Made by a program: the position numbers and the translations under genes
Part shown: positions 9,781 to 20,633 of the stretch, one piece after another
Position numbering within the stretch: position 1 is the first letter of the stretch
Layout: the number at the start of each line of letters is the position of its first letter
DNA from: Methylophilaceae bacterium
GTDB taxonomy: Bacteria > Pseudomonadota > Gammaproteobacteria > Burkholderiales > Methylophilaceae
DNA: 64,000 bases
Direction: 5' to 3'
Assembly (NCBI GenBank): GCA_048595445.1
Contig: JBJPGD010000021.1
Span: 54,196-118,195, forward strand
The notes under the pieces: model-generated
What the model was told of the DNA's origin: nothing
The model's database searches: none
The model's input: the letters and a program-made list of their open reading frames with translations, nothing else

Positions 9781-10302
9781 TTACTTTGAGCTATTAAGTA
9801 CCTTTTTAAGATTCTCTAAGCCTGGCTCGTAAGTTTCCGTTACAAACTTAATCGCTGCTGCATCATCTTGGCCTTCAGGGATAGGTGGGTTGTTAACGAA
9901 ATAGCGATAGTAGCGCTGGAAGAATCTAATGGTGCTTTCGCCTTTCTTTGGCCCCGCCTTAACAGAAATATAAGCGTTGTAATTGGAAAGTGGCGCACCA
10001 GTGACGAATTCCCACTTGATTTTCATGTCTTCATCATTAATGCTTTTTAGACGCTCGGTTACTTTGCCGCCGTTTTTTAGTGATATCACTCTTAATGTAT
10101 CTTTACCTTTTTTTGTTACCTTTGTACTTGCAACCGTTGGCATCCACGCATGTACATTGCCAAAGTCTTTAACCATGGCCCAAGCCTTGGCTGGTTCAGC
10201 TTTAACAACAATAGATTGGTCACTCTTGTACGGTGTTGGACCGTGAGCAAATGCGGTCATTGAGAATGCTGCCAGTGCGATTAATGCTAGAAACTTCTTC
10301 AT
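9781..10302 (-). CDS. periplasmic SRPBCC (polyketide-cyclase-fold) protein, MxaD-like
   Basis: Signal peptide MKKFLALIALAAFSMTAFA. About 150-aa mature domain with an SRPBCC-like pattern. Confidence 0.6.
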   Translation of the reverse strand: MKKFLALIALAAFSMTAFAHGPTPYKSDQSIVVKAEPAKAWAMVKDFGNVHAWMPTVASTKVTKKGKDTLRVISLKNGGKVTERLKSINDEDMKIKWEFVTGAPLSNYNAYISVKAGPKKGESTIRFFQRYYRYFVNNPPIPEGQDDAAAIKFVTETYEPGLENLKKVLNSSK

Positions 10303-10453
10303 GTATGGTCTCCCAAAAAATATTATAAATATATCTAAAACTAGATAGCCACTAGTGATATTTGAAGCGGACTTCTTATATTATAGATGACTTCATCATT
10401 AAAGACTACGCCAACAATAACGTATTGCAACAGCCTTAGGTTGACTTGCCGTG

Positions 10454-11437
10454 TTAATTGCCGCTTAGAATGAACTGTCCGAATGCGCGAGGTCTATCGC
10501 CAACGGCAATCGTGTTGATGACTTTGTTGCTATTAGTATCAATGACGGTGACATTGTTACTGCCCCAGTTTGCGATAAGTATTTCTTTGGTAATGGCATC
10601 GTAGCTAATGCCTTCTGGGGTTTCCCCCACTTCTAGTGTGGCAATGATTTTCTGGCTAGCAACATCAATAATAGAGACGCTCTCATCTAACGTATTGGTC
10701 ACATATAGGGTTTTATTGTCTGGGCTTGCTACAGCACAATAGGGATGGTCGCCGACTTCTACAGTACTTTGTTGCCATGTTTTGGTGCTGATAATAGAAA
10801 CCGTATTATCAAATACATTGACACTATATAAGGTGCTGCCATCCTTGCTAAGTGAAATGCCAAAAGGGTGCTCGCCAACAGCAATGCGTTTATCAATACT
10901 GAGCACTTTAGCATTGAGGACGACAATTTCATTTGAATCACGTACAGCGATGTATACCATTTGGCTATCGGGGCTAACGACAATGCCAGCAGGGGCTTTC
11001 TCGACAGTGACTTCATTCAGTATGCTATAGGTGTTTGGGTCTATGACGATGATGCGATTGCCATACCAATCTGCAACGTAAAGTTTTTTATCATCCGGTG
11101 CTAGGGCAATGCCTACAGGTGAGCCTTTGACAGGAATAGTGTGAATGACTTGATGTGATTGCATGTCGATGACAGAAATATTTGCGCTCTCAACATTGGT
11201 GATGAAAACGCGCTGCAATTTTTTTGACCCAGCGATACCGACAGGCGCCTTACCTACAGCGGTGGTGTGAATGATTTTTTGCTGATGGATATCAATAATA
11301 GAAACGGTGTTATCACCTTGATTGGTGACGTATGCAAAGCTGTTATTTGTGGCAGTGCCAGCACATGCACTTAGCATGAAGCATAGTGCCAAGCTTAACC
11401 CTGTCATTATTAACCTTAGCCGATTTGTAGCAAGCAT
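10454..11437 (-). CDS. YVTN-family beta-propeller repeat lipoprotein
   Basis: Lipobox LSAC. Seven repeats of roughly 40 aa of the form YVTN..(D)NTVSVID....v..ti.vG..P.Gia. Confidence 0.75.
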   Translation of the reverse strand: MLATNRLRLIMTGLSLALCFMLSACAGTATNNSFAYVTNQGDNTVSIIDIHQQKIIHTTAVGKAPVGIAGSKKLQRVFITNVESANISVIDMQSHQVIHTIPVKGSPVGIALAPDDKKLYVADWYGNRIIVIDPNTYSILNEVTVEKAPAGIVVSPDSQMVYIAVRDSNEIVVLNAKVLSIDKRIAVGEHPFGISLSKDGSTLYSVNVFDNTVSIISTKTWQQSTVEVGDHPYCAVASPDNKTLYVTNTLDESVSIIDVASQKIIATLEVGETPEGISYDAITKEILIANWGSNNVTVIDTNSNKVINTIAVGDRPRAFGQFILSGN

Positions 11438-11541
11438 ACAGACTCCTTTTGAAAGGGTATTATAGATTAAATTGAAGTGCTCCTTTCATTCGTGTCTAAA
11501 GTATGAAAAAATCATGGTAAATATTAGTTGGCAGTACAAAT

Positions 11542-12045
11542 ATGTTAGATCGTGACGGCTATCGTCCGAATGTGGGCATTATTCTGTGTAATGCCCAAAA
11601 TAAGGTGTTTTGGGGTAAGCGCATTAAGGAGCATGCGTGGCAGTTTCCACAGGGTGGCATTAATTTTAAAGAAAGCCCTGAAGAGGCGATGCATCGTGAG
11701 TTAATGGAAGAGGTCGGTTTGCGCCCTGAGCACGTGGAAATTTTGGGTCGCACCCGAGATTGGCTGCGTTATGAGGTGCCAACCAACTGGGTAAAGAGAG
11801 ACCTACGCAATAGCTATAAGGGTCAGAAACAAATTTGGTTCTTATTGCGCTTGGTCGGGCGAGACACCGATGTTTCATTAAGAGCAACTGAACATCCTGA
11901 GTTTGATGCTTGGCGCTGGAGTGATTATTGGGTGCCGTTAGAAGACGTGGTCGATTTTAAGCGAGACGTTTATAAGACCGCCCTAAATGAACTCGCTGTT
12001 TATTTGCATAGTAAACCTAAAGCCTCACACAAAAAGCAACATTGA
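11542..12045 (+). CDS. rppH: RNA pyrophosphohydrolase
   Basis: N-terminus [15 protein letters not shown]. Nudix box [22 protein letters not shown]. Confidence 0.92.
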   Translation: MLDRDGYRPNVGIILCNAQNKVFWGKRIKEHAWQFPQGGINFKESPEEAMHRELMEEVGLRPEHVEILGRTRDWLRYEVPTNWVKRDLRNSYKGQKQIWFLLRLVGRDTDVSLRATEHPEFDAWRWSDYWVPLEDVVDFKRDVYKTALNELAVYLHSKPKASHKKQH

Positions 12046-12084
12046 GGTAAGCAAAGCCTGCACGGGCAGAAGAGTAGGGTTAAG

Positions 12085-12942
12085 TTAAAGACCTTTATTA
12101 CCCATTGCTTCGCCAAGTATGATTTTTTTAGCGGCTTGCCAAGTGGTATTAAAGCTTAAAGCATCTTTCTCAAAAAGCATGACCACGGTAGAGCCAAGTA
12201 AGAACTTACCCATTTCCTCACCTTGTTTCAAGGTAATGTTTTGATCAGCATATGTCCACTTTTGCATAGACTTACTACGTGGTGGGTTGATGATGCCGTT
12301 TTTGGTTTTATGCCAAACGGTTGCCATGCTGCCTACTATCGTAGCGCCGACTAACACCATCACAAAAGTCCCATGTGTTTCTGAACTAAACTCGCATACC
12401 ACACGCTCATTACGTGCAAATAAATTTGGTACATTTGCAGCCGTAGTGGGGTTAACTGAAAATAGGTCGCCTGGCACATAGGCCATACTCACTAGCCTGC
12501 CATCACAAGGCATATGGATACGATGATAATCTTTAGGGCTTAGGTATAAACATGCAAAACTGCCATTTTCAAATTTGTTGGCTAAAGGTTCGTTACCAGC
12601 TACTAGTGTTAGGGTGGCGTAGTCATGACCTTTGGCTTGAAAGATTTGATCCTTTTTGATGTTGCCAAACTGGCTGATGGCGCCATCTACTGGGCAAATG
12701 AAGTCAGCTTTTGCAAGAGGTCTTGCGCCAGGTTTGAGTAGGCGTGTGAAAAAGTCATTAAAGGTTTTATAGCTGCTAATGTCTGAATTAGCAGCTTCTT
12801 GCATATTCACTTGATAGCGCTTTACAAACCATGCAATGACTTTTGGCGTGAGTGATTTGCATTCTAAACTGGCAAGTTTGCCAGCAATAATCGTTATGAG
12901 TTGCTTGGGTGCAATGTGTTGTAAAAAGATAGCGAGTTTCAA
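12085..12942 (-). CDS. psd: phosphatidylserine decarboxylase proenzyme
   Basis: 285 aa with the LGST self-cleavage motif (FLLGSTVVMLF). TTG start. Confidence 0.9.
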   Translation of the reverse strand: MKLAIFLQHIAPKQLITIIAGKLASLECKSLTPKVIAWFVKRYQVNMQEAANSDISSYKTFNDFFTRLLKPGARPLAKADFICPVDGAISQFGNIKKDQIFQAKGHDYATLTLVAGNEPLANKFENGSFACLYLSPKDYHRIHMPCDGRLVSMAYVPGDLFSVNPTTAANVPNLFARNERVVCEFSSETHGTFVMVLVGATIVGSMATVWHKTKNGIINPPRSKSMQKWTYADQNITLKQGEEMGKFLLGSTVVMLFEKDALSFNTTWQAAKKIILGEAMGNKGL

Positions 12943-13007
12943 TGTCTGCTTTCGTTGCTAATGATTTCTGAGATGTATTTTACTTGAATGAGACGTTAAA
13001 AAAATAC

Positions 13008-13042
13008 AAAAAAAGCATAGACCAAAACGGACTATGCTTTTT
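13008..13042 (-). terminator. rho-independent terminator after ilvC
   Basis: The minus strand reads AAAAAGCATAGTCCgttttGGTCTATGCTTTTTTT. Confidence 0.6.
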
Positions 13043-13066
13043 ATCAGTAATACTTAAATTATTAAA

Positions 13067-14095
<1,029 letters not shown>

Positions 14096-14123
14096 TCAAT
14101 ACAAATGCTTATATTAATTTTGA

Positions 14124-14615
14124 TTATAGTTTGAGAATTCTGTCGCCACGTCCAATACCTGATGCGCCAGTTCGTACTGTTTCTAATATTGCGGCTTTGT
14201 CCAAGCTTTCTATAAAGGCGTCTAGTTTATGACCAGAGCCGGTTAGCTCGATAGTGAAGTTTCCGTCGGATACGTCGATAATGCGTCCGCGGAAAATGTC
14301 ACACATGCGTTTCATTTCTTCCCTGTGCGCGTTTGAGGCTTTTACTTTAATGAGCATGAGTTCACGCTCAATATGTTTGCCGTCGTTTAAATCCAGCACT
14401 TTCACCACATCAATCAGTTTGTTTAACTGTTTAATAATTTGCTCAATGACTGCATCATTGCCGCGGGTGACAATCGTCATGCGTGACAGGGTTGGATCTT
14501 CTGTTGTCGCTACCGTCAGTGACTCGATATTGTAACCACGTGCTGAGAATAAGCCTGCTACGCGTGAAAGTGCGCCAGATTCATTTTCCATTAATATTGA
14601 AATAATATGGCGCAT
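14124..14615 (-). CDS. ilvH: acetolactate synthase small (regulatory) subunit
   Basis: 163 aa. ACT domain beginning MRHIISILMENESGALSRVAGLFSARGYNIESL. Confidence 0.93.
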   Translation of the reverse strand: MRHIISILMENESGALSRVAGLFSARGYNIESLTVATTEDPTLSRMTIVTRGNDAVIEQIIKQLNKLIDVVKVLDLNDGKHIERELMLIKVKASNAHREEMKRMCDIFRGRIIDVSDGNFTIELTGSGHKLDAFIESLDKAAILETVRTGASGIGRGDRILKL

Positions 14616-16369
14616 TATGACTCCTTACCTGTAATCATTTCAGATAAGCCTTTACCATTTGGCACCATTGGGAATACATTTTCAGTTTGGTCTGTAATAA
14701 AGTCCATAAACACGAGGCGGTCTTTCAGTTTAGGGCTGAATGCTTCTTTTAATGCACCTTCAACATCTGCAGGATCGGTAATGCGCATACCAACATGGCC
14801 GTAAGCCTCTGCTAATTTAACAAAATCAGGCAATGCTTCCATATAAGATTCTGAATAACGGTTCTCATAGAAGAACTCTTGCCACTGGCGGACCATACCC
14901 ATATAGCGATTATTTAACGTAATTACTTTCAATGGCAGGTTGTACTGCTGACAAGTTGATAGCTCTTGGATGCACATTTGTATCGATGCTTCACCAGTAA
15001 TGCAGGCAACTTGCGCATCTGGGTGTGCTAGTTGTGTGCCCATTGCGTATGGCAAGCCAACCCCCATCGTGCCTAAGCCGCCAGAATTAATCCAGCGACG
15101 TGGTTGATCAAATGGATAGTATTGCGCAGTCCACATTTGATGTTGACCAACGTCAGAAGTAACAAACGCCTCACCTTTGGTCACTTCATAAAGCGTTTTA
15201 ACCACCTGCTGCGGTTTAATGAGTTTGTCATCTAATGTAAATTCGGAGAATTTCTTCGCACGCCAAGCTTCAATCTGTTTCATCCAGTCTGCTAAGACTG
15301 CTGTATTCTGTGTTGGCTTCTCTGTTTTGACCAAATCATTTAAGTCAGATAGGACTGATTTGACATCACCGACAATTGGTACATCAATCTTAACGCGTTT
15401 AGAAATAGATGACGGGTCAATATCAATATGAATAATGGTGCGTGGACGGCTCAAGAAGTGTTCTGGATTTCCAATAACACGATCATCAAAGCGCGCACCC
15501 ACTGCTAGCAATACATCACACTCTTGCATTGCCATATTAGCTTCGTAAGTGCCGTGCATGCCAAGCATGCCTAGCGACTGCTTATCTGTAGCAGGGTAGC
15601 CACCTAGGCCCATTAAAGTGCTGGTGGTTGGTATGCCTAGCGATTGAATGAATTGTGTTAGTTCTGGTGCGGCGTTACCCAATACCACACCGCCACCGCT
15701 ATAGACCATTGGGCGTTCCGCTTCAGCAAGTAGCTTAAGTGCTTTTTTGATTTGCCCAGCATGCCCTTTGGTCACTGGGTTGTATGAGCGCATCTCTATC
15801 GTCTTAGGATACTCAAACTTATTCAGTGTCGCGGTAATATCTTTAGGAATGTCCACTAAAACAGGGCCAGGCCTGCCTGTTGCCGCTACATGAAAAGCCT
15901 TTTTCATGACAGGTGCTATATCGTTGATGTTTTTAATCAAGAAGTTATGTTTGACGCATGGGCGTGTTATACCAACCGTGTCGCATTCTTGGAATGCGTC
16001 TTCGCCAATGGCGTATGTAGGTACTTGGCCGCTAATCACCACCATTGGAACGGAATCCATATAAGCTGTTGCAATGCCAGTTACAGCATTGGTTGCACCA
16101 GGACCAGAAGTAACCAATGCAACGCCCACTCTACCAGTAGAGCGCGAATACGCATCCGCAGCGTGTAACGCTGCTTGCTCATGACGCACTAGAATATGTT
16201 TGAATTTATCTTGTTGATAAATGGCATCGTAAATGTTAAGCACAGCGCCTCCAGGATAGCCAAATACAAATTCGACTTTTTCCTCGTGTAGGCACTTAAT
16301 CAGAATCTCTGCCCCAGTAAATTGAGGTGTCGTTTCTTGCTTATCGGTAGGGGTGGAAATCTGAGTCAT
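14615..16369 (-). CDS. ilvI: acetolactate synthase large subunit
   Basis: 584-aa ThDP enzyme (GGLGTMGVGLPYAMG). Its end overlaps the ilvH start. Confidence 0.95.
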   Translation of the reverse strand: MTQISTPTDKQETTPQFTGAEILIKCLHEEKVEFVFGYPGGAVLNIYDAIYQQDKFKHILVRHEQAALHAADAYSRSTGRVGVALVTSGPGATNAVTGIATAYMDSVPMVVISGQVPTYAIGEDAFQECDTVGITRPCVKHNFLIKNINDIAPVMKKAFHVAATGRPGPVLVDIPKDITATLNKFEYPKTIEMRSYNPVTKGHAGQIKKALKLLAEAERPMVYSGGGVVLGNAAPELTQFIQSLGIPTTSTLMGLGGYPATDKQSLGMLGMHGTYEANMAMQECDVLLAVGARFDDRVIGNPEHFLSRPRTIIHIDIDPSSISKRVKIDVPIVGDVKSVLSDLNDLVKTEKPTQNTAVLADWMKQIEAWRAKKFSEFTLDDKLIKPQQVVKTLYEVTKGEAFVTSDVGQHQMWTAQYYPFDQPRRWINSGGLGTMGVGLPYAMGTQLAHPDAQVACITGEASIQMCIQELSTCQQYNLPLKVITLNNRYMGMVRQWQEFFYENRYSESYMEALPDFVKLAEAYGHVGMRITDPADVEGALKEAFSPKLKDRLVFMDFITDQTENVFPMVPNGKGLSEMITGKES

Positions 16370-16508
16370 AAATCTTATCGTTATAGGTGTTTTGTACGAA
16401 CCCTAAACAATAACGGTTTGAGCATATTTGGTCAAGATTACAAACCAATTTAATGATTAAAACAACTTAAAGGTTCAATATCATTAATAGAGTAAAAGAG
16501 ATGAGAGG

Positions 16509-18287
16509 TCACTCATCTAAATGAGGAGCAATTTTAAGCACTTCTTCAATCGTTGTTGTGCCTGCAGCAACTTTTTCTAAACCGTTTAACATCATTGGTT
16601 GCATGCCTTCTTGATAAGCCAGCTTCTTAATTTCAGCTAACTCCGTGTCGGGCTTAATAAGCTTACGCAGTTTAGGAGAGATAGTCAGCATTTCATAAAT
16701 GCCGCTACGGCCTTTAAAACCGGTGTTTCGGCATTCTAAACAACCAACAGCTTTCTTGGCGGTTGTCGGCTTAGCTGCTTTAAATGGGCTTGTAGCTGCA
16801 TTCCACTCTGCATCAGAGATTTCAGTTGCGGTTTTACAGGCAGGGCACAGTGTGCGTACTAACCGTTGCCCCATGATGCCCAGCACAGTTGAATGGATTA
16901 AGTAAGAAGCAACGCCTAAATCCAATAAGCGCGTTACTGCGGACGGCGCATCATTCGTATGGAGTGTAGAAAGCACTAAATGCCCAGTAAGTGCAGCTTG
17001 GATCGCCATATCAGCAGTTTCCATATCACGTATTTCACCAATCATGATGATGTCAGGGTCTTGCCGCATCAGTGTGCGAATGCCTTGTGAAAAGTCAAGG
17101 CCAATGTTGGATGTGACTTGCATTTGATTGAATGCAGGTTCAATCATCTCGATTGGGTCTTCAACGGTACTCACATTGACTTCATCTGTCGCAAGCTGCT
17201 TAAGCGTAGAGTATAAGGTGGTCGTTTTACCTGAGCCTGTAGGGCCGGTGACCAAAATAATGCCGTTGGGGTGCTTAGTCCACTCTTTCCATAGCACGGC
17301 TTGTTTTTTTGAGAAGCCAAGCTTCACAAAGTCCTGCACAATGATATCAGGTGTAAACACACGCATGACAAGCTTTTCACCAAAGGCGGTTGGCATGGTG
17401 GATAAACGTAATTCAATCTCGGCACCGTCAGTATTCACTGTTTTAATACGACCGTCTTGGGGACGTCTTTTTTCAACCATATCCATACGACCAAGCAATT
17501 TAATTCTGCTGGTAATCGCATTCATGATGTTGGATGGTAATTGGTAGACCTGGTGTAATACGCCGTCAATTCTAAAGCGCATGACCCCCATGCCTCGACG
17601 TGGCTCTAAATGAATGTCACTAGCACGTTGTTCAAATGCGTAATTAAACAACCAGTCCACAATGTTGACGACATGCTGTTCGTTAGCGTCTAAATTTTTA
17701 TCTTTTCCTAGCTCAACAAGCTGTTCGAAATTTTGAACACCAACGACCTGTCCTGCTTTTGATAAGTTTGCTTGATTGATAGAAGAGGCTAAGTTGTAGA
17801 TTTCAGGAAGGTAGCGGCTTATTTCAAGCGGGTTAGCAACCACTAATTTAATGCTCTTGTCTAGAATACGTTCTAAATCGGGAATCCATTCCTTGTGGTA
17901 TGGGTCAGCTGTAGCAACAACGGCCTCACCACCTTTGATGGAAATCGGCATTATCTTTAATCGCTGAGCATATGCTTTTGAGACCATCTGTGATGCTGCG
18001 GTGAAATCTAACTTCAGTGGGTCAATATGATAAAAATCTAGGCCTGCTTCTTTGGCTAACCAGCGTGAAAGAAAGTCAGCATTTAAGACTTTATTAGGTG
18101 ACTGCAAGTCCTTCCATTTTTTTTCGCCAATAATGATAATCGGGTGTAGATTAGAGCTGTCTAACTTGCGGTCTTTATAGAGTTTTTCGGCTTTTTCTTT
18201 TTCAATTTTCCCGGCATTGACTAGCATGCGCAGAAACTCGCCTAGGTTAAGCTTATTTTTATTACTTACATTGCTTTGTTTTGCCAT
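16509..18287 (-). CDS. pilB: GspE/PilB-family secretion ATPase (probable type IV pilus extension ATPase)
   Basis: Walker A GPTGSGKTT. Tetracysteine CPAC...CLEC. N-terminal GSPII_E_N-like region. Adjacent to nadC, as in Pseudomonas. Confidence 0.75.
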   Translation of the reverse strand: MAKQSNVSNKNKLNLGEFLRMLVNAGKIEKEKAEKLYKDRKLDSSNLHPIIIIGEKKWKDLQSPNKVLNADFLSRWLAKEAGLDFYHIDPLKLDFTAASQMVSKAYAQRLKIMPISIKGGEAVVATADPYHKEWIPDLERILDKSIKLVVANPLEISRYLPEIYNLASSINQANLSKAGQVVGVQNFEQLVELGKDKNLDANEQHVVNIVDWLFNYAFEQRASDIHLEPRRGMGVMRFRIDGVLHQVYQLPSNIMNAITSRIKLLGRMDMVEKRRPQDGRIKTVNTDGAEIELRLSTMPTAFGEKLVMRVFTPDIIVQDFVKLGFSKKQAVLWKEWTKHPNGIILVTGPTGSGKTTTLYSTLKQLATDEVNVSTVEDPIEMIEPAFNQMQVTSNIGLDFSQGIRTLMRQDPDIIMIGEIRDMETADMAIQAALTGHLVLSTLHTNDAPSAVTRLLDLGVASYLIHSTVLGIMGQRLVRTLCPACKTATEISDAEWNAATSPFKAAKPTTAKKAVGCLECRNTGFKGRSGIYEMLTISPKLRKLIKPDTELAEIKKLAYQEGMQPMMLNGLEKVAAGTTTIEEVLKIAPHLDE

Positions 18288-18326
18288 AAATTATACTGAT
18301 TACTGTAATTGAGGTTTAGTTCAATG

Positions 18327-19196
18327 CTATTTGATTCTCATCGACAAATCAATGGCTTGAATGTTTTTTGTTAAAGCGCCAATTGAAATGCGATCGACAC
18401 CAGTTTCAGCAATGTTGCGTATCGTTGCTAAATTGACATTCCCCGATGCTTCTAACAGCGCCTTTCCTTGCGTCGATTGTACTGCTGACCGCATGTCCTC
18501 TAAACTAAAATCATCTAGTAATACGCTGGTTGCTCCCGCAGTTAAGGCTTCGGATAGTTCTGTTAGGTCTTCTACTTCAATTTGTATGCCTGCTTTAGTA
18601 TTAAGTGCAAAAGCTTGTTGCAATGCAGCTGAAACACTGCCCGCTGCAGTAATATGATTCTCTTTGATTAAGATACCATCATATAGTGCGATACGCTGAT
18701 TGAACCCTCCGCCGACAGTCACAGCATACTTTTGTGCTAATCGTAAACTAGGTATCGTTTTGCGTGTATCTAATACTTTTGCTTTAGTGCCTTCAATTGC
18801 TTTTACATATTGATGCGTATGTGTAGCGACAGCAGATAGGGTTTGTAAGAAATTAAGAGCGCAACGCTCAACACTTAATAGTGCGCGGCTATTGCCTTTG
18901 ATCTCACATAAGGTTTGATTTGGGCTTACTTGATCACCTTCTTCAATTTTCCAGTCGATGACGACGTCGGCATCTATCTGTTGAAAGCATGCATTTACCC
19001 AATCAATCCCACAAATGACCGCCTCTTCACGCGAGATAATCGTTGCGTGTGTTTCATGATTTTCAGCAATTAGTGATGCAGTTAAATCGCCAGAACCAAT
19101 GTCTTCAGCTAGTGCTTGCTCGACTTGCGCGTCTATTAACGCGTTAAATTGCTGGCTGCCGCGAGGGTATTGTTTTGCCAATAGAGGTAAGTTCAT
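18327..19196 (-). CDS. nadC: nicotinate-nucleotide diphosphorylase (carboxylating)
   Basis: QPRTase pattern. The ATG at 19196 (MNLPLLAKQ...) is preferred over the 22-codon upstream extension. Confidence 0.9.
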   Translation of the reverse strand: MNLPLLAKQYPRGSQQFNALIDAQVEQALAEDIGSGDLTASLIAENHETHATIISREEAVICGIDWVNACFQQIDADVVIDWKIEEGDQVSPNQTLCEIKGNSRALLSVERCALNFLQTLSAVATHTHQYVKAIEGTKAKVLDTRKTIPSLRLAQKYAVTVGGGFNQRIALYDGILIKENHITAAGSVSAALQQAFALNTKAGIQIEVEDLTELSEALTAGATSVLLDDFSLEDMRSAVQSTQGKALLEASGNVNLATIRNIAETGVDRISIGALTKNIQAIDLSMRIK

Positions 19197-19245
19197 AATT
19201 GCATTATAATGCAGTTGCAATTTAAAAACTTGGTAGTCATATAGT

Positions 19246-19857
19246 ATGAAACTCTTATACACCCCTAATAGCCCTTATGCCCGCAAGGTTCGTATTGTTG
19301 CGATGGAAAAGCACATCGACATTCAGCTTGAAGAAGTCGTGTTAGGTGCGCCAGATTCCCCCATTCTAAAATACAATCCGTTAGGTAAAGTACCCGTTCT
19401 GGTTTTAGATGATAACGAAGGCCTATATGACTCTCGTGTCATTATTGAATATTTGGATGCACGTACACCAGTTTCTAGACTTATGCCTAGTGAGTCCCGG
19501 TTAAGAATATCTGTAATACGCTGGTGTGCACTTGCAGATGGCATTTGTGATGCCTCGGTTGCCGTGATGCTAGAGCAGCGTAAGCAAGATGGTCAACAAT
19601 CTGAAGCGTTTGTCGAAAAACAAATGACTAAGGTTAAAAATGGCTTAGCGACTTTAAATACAGATATCAACAAAAAGAAATGGTGCGTTAATGAGACCTT
19701 TAGTTTAGCGGATATCGCGGTAGGCTGTATGCTAGGCTATATCGACTTGCGCTTTAAAAGCATGGGTTGGCAAAAAGCCTATCCAAACCTAGCAAAACAT
19801 TACACCATACTCAGTAAGCGTCCAAGCTTTAAAGCGACTGAACCAATTCCATCATGA
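19246..19857 (+). CDS. glutathione S-transferase family protein
   Basis: Thioredoxin-like N-terminal domain (MKLLYTPNSPYARKVRI...GKVPVL) plus a helical C-terminal domain. Confidence 0.85.
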   Translation: MKLLYTPNSPYARKVRIVAMEKHIDIQLEEVVLGAPDSPILKYNPLGKVPVLVLDDNEGLYDSRVIIEYLDARTPVSRLMPSESRLRISVIRWCALADGICDASVAVMLEQRKQDGQQSEAFVEKQMTKVKNGLATLNTDINKKKWCVNETFSLADIAVGCMLGYIDLRFKSMGWQKAYPNLAKHYTILSKRPSFKATEPIPS

Positions 19858-20619
19858 TTGAGTGTTAGCATCACTTGACGAAGACATTGCTGCATCGAGT
19901 TTTCTGAACGTGTCACGATGCATATTGCGAGAGTGCTTATTCCAACGTTTCCAATCTTTATCAAGATCATTTTTTAGACGTTCAGCAGTCATCATATCTC
20001 CTGTATTAGCAGCCCAAAGTGCATATTGTGCACGGACTTCGGCACTGCCAAACGTTTGGTATGCGTAAACAAACTCTTTTTGCGCACTGTCCTCATCATT
20101 ATTTTCTGCGTAACATTGCGCTAATAAAATACTTAATTGCTCAGGCCTAAACTCGGCATTTTTGTTTCTAATGTTTTGGAGCAGCTGTATTGCCTGCTGC
20201 GCTTCTTGGATATGAAATTTTGCTTTGGCCGCACCAAAGCAGACTTCCGAATCGCTAGCAAATGGCCCTTCTAAGCACGCATCAAATTCACTAGCTGCTT
20301 CTGCGTATTCCCCAGCATTATCCAGTGCAGCTGCCAAGCGCATTCTATTTTGAATGGTTGGGGTTAAGTCAAACGCCTGCCTTGCAGCTCGGAGTTCTTT
20401 TGTTGGGTCTATTAGTTGAATTGCTTTACTAGAAGCCTGTTTGACTCCGCGTTCCAGTTTCGAAGATGGTAGATATTCAGCAAAAAAATAGACAATGCTA
20501 CCCAGTAAAGGAAATGAGAAAAGGATGATTATCCAATACATTTGACGGCCATTTTTTAATGCATGCACTGCAAAAAATATGGCGATTAAAAAATGTAAAC
20601 CAAGTCCAACAAATGGCAT
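19852..20619 (-). CDS. PLDc_N-domain membrane protein with helical-repeat (TPR-like) C-terminal part
   Basis: Two N-terminal TM helices resembling the cardiolipin-synthase N-terminal domain (GSIVYFFAEYLP), followed by an alpha-helical soluble region. Confidence 0.5.
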   Translation of the reverse strand: MPFVGLGLHFLIAIFFAVHALKNGRQMYWIIILFSFPLLGSIVYFFAEYLPSSKLERGVKQASSKAIQLIDPTKELRAARQAFDLTPTIQNRMRLAAALDNAGEYAEAASEFDACLEGPFASDSEVCFGAAKAKFHIQEAQQAIQLLQNIRNKNAEFRPEQLSILLAQCYAENNDEDSAQKEFVYAYQTFGSAEVRAQYALWAANTGDMMTAERLKNDLDKDWKRWNKHSRNMHRDTFRKLDAAMSSSSDANTQS

Positions 20620-20633
20620 GCTAACTCCTTATC

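Noticed and set aside
18150-18287. MshEN-type c-di-GMP-binding motif at the N-terminus of the PilB-like ATPase (KLNLGEFLRMLVNAGKIEKEKAEKLY).
   Set aside because: Only a loose resemblance to one of the two 24-residue RLGxxLLxxGhh...L...L..Q repeats. The Gly is out of register and no second repeat is seen.
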